52,344 nucleotides of DNA from Escherichia virus TH27: the sequence record MT446401.1. One strand, written 5' to 3'. This document shows, one piece after another, positions 51,991 to 52,344 of the stretch. Position 1 is the stretch's first letter, and the number at the start of each line of letters is the position of its first letter. The notes under the pieces were generated by a model. It was not told the DNA's origin, did no database searches, and worked only from the letters and a program-made list of their open reading frames with translations. The translations under genes were made by a program, and so were the position numbers.

Positions 51991-52344
51991 GATGGGGGGA
52001 ATGATGGGGTGAGATTCGATCCCATGATCGCCTGGTGGGATTTTCCCGCCACACATTTCATCTATGTACGCGTTATGGTTTGTTCAACTTTGTAGATATT
52101 TGGCAATGTCTACGCCATTCACGCGGAATTACGCGCTGGTTACAAAATAAATCCCTTATATAACAACCTTTTATCTATATTATTATTATTATTATTATTA
52201 TATGTTATTCCGTAACCAAGATTAATTGGGATATTGATGATATTTTTTTTGATATTGCGCGGCGCATGAAAATTGGCATAAAGAGATGGATATGCAAGTA
52301 GGGCAAAAAAGTGATGTACATCGTTCTACGGCAATAACATCCTT
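51943..52344. repeat. Right copy of 402-bp direct terminal repeat (matches 1..402)
   Basis: Visual comparison with 1..402. Confidence 0.85.

Overview
This window looks like a complete, virulent, T1-like siphovirus genome of about 51.9 kb unique sequence, bounded by a 402-bp direct terminal repeat (1..402 matches 51943..52344). The T1-like call is an inference from gene content and order, not from a database search. Layout: (i) a left-hand + strand block of about 28 small early genes (534..9556), including a split HAD-phosphatase/P-loop kinase pair; (ii) a + strand morphogenesis block (9639..29439) with small and large terminase, portal, head proteins, major capsid, connector proteins, major tail protein, G/GT chaperone with a -1 frameshift, tape measure, lambda-like M/L/K/I/J tail-tip genes, and an HNH gene inserted between K and I; (iii) a short - strand block (29470..31361) with a G/S/N-rich protein, a lipoprotein and a Rha-like regulator; (iv) a 540-bp AT-rich repeat-rich intergenic region; (v) a recombination/replication block (exonuclease, HNH, Erf, SSB, a - strand AT-rich tail fiber gene, primase, HTH protein, helicase, VRR-NUC, lipoprotein, Dam methyltransferase, HTH-metallophosphoesterase); (vi) a lysis cassette (holin, SAR-type endolysin, unimolecular spanin); (vii) a right-hand - strand block of small genes (46334..51796) with a 527-aa P-loop protein and an HNH gene. 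No tRNA, rRNA, CRISPR array, integrase or reverse transcriptase was found. The most interesting observations are: a 17-bp palindromic box that recurs about 20 times, usually overlapping the upstream stop codon and sitting a fixed ~20 nt before a -10-like hexamer inside a variable inverted repeat; three unrelated proteins (SSB, the kinase, a 71-aa acidic protein) that share an SSB-type acidic C-terminal tail; and a truncated paralog of the 527-aa protein at the opposite genome end. All protein calls come from reading the translations; no homology search was run.
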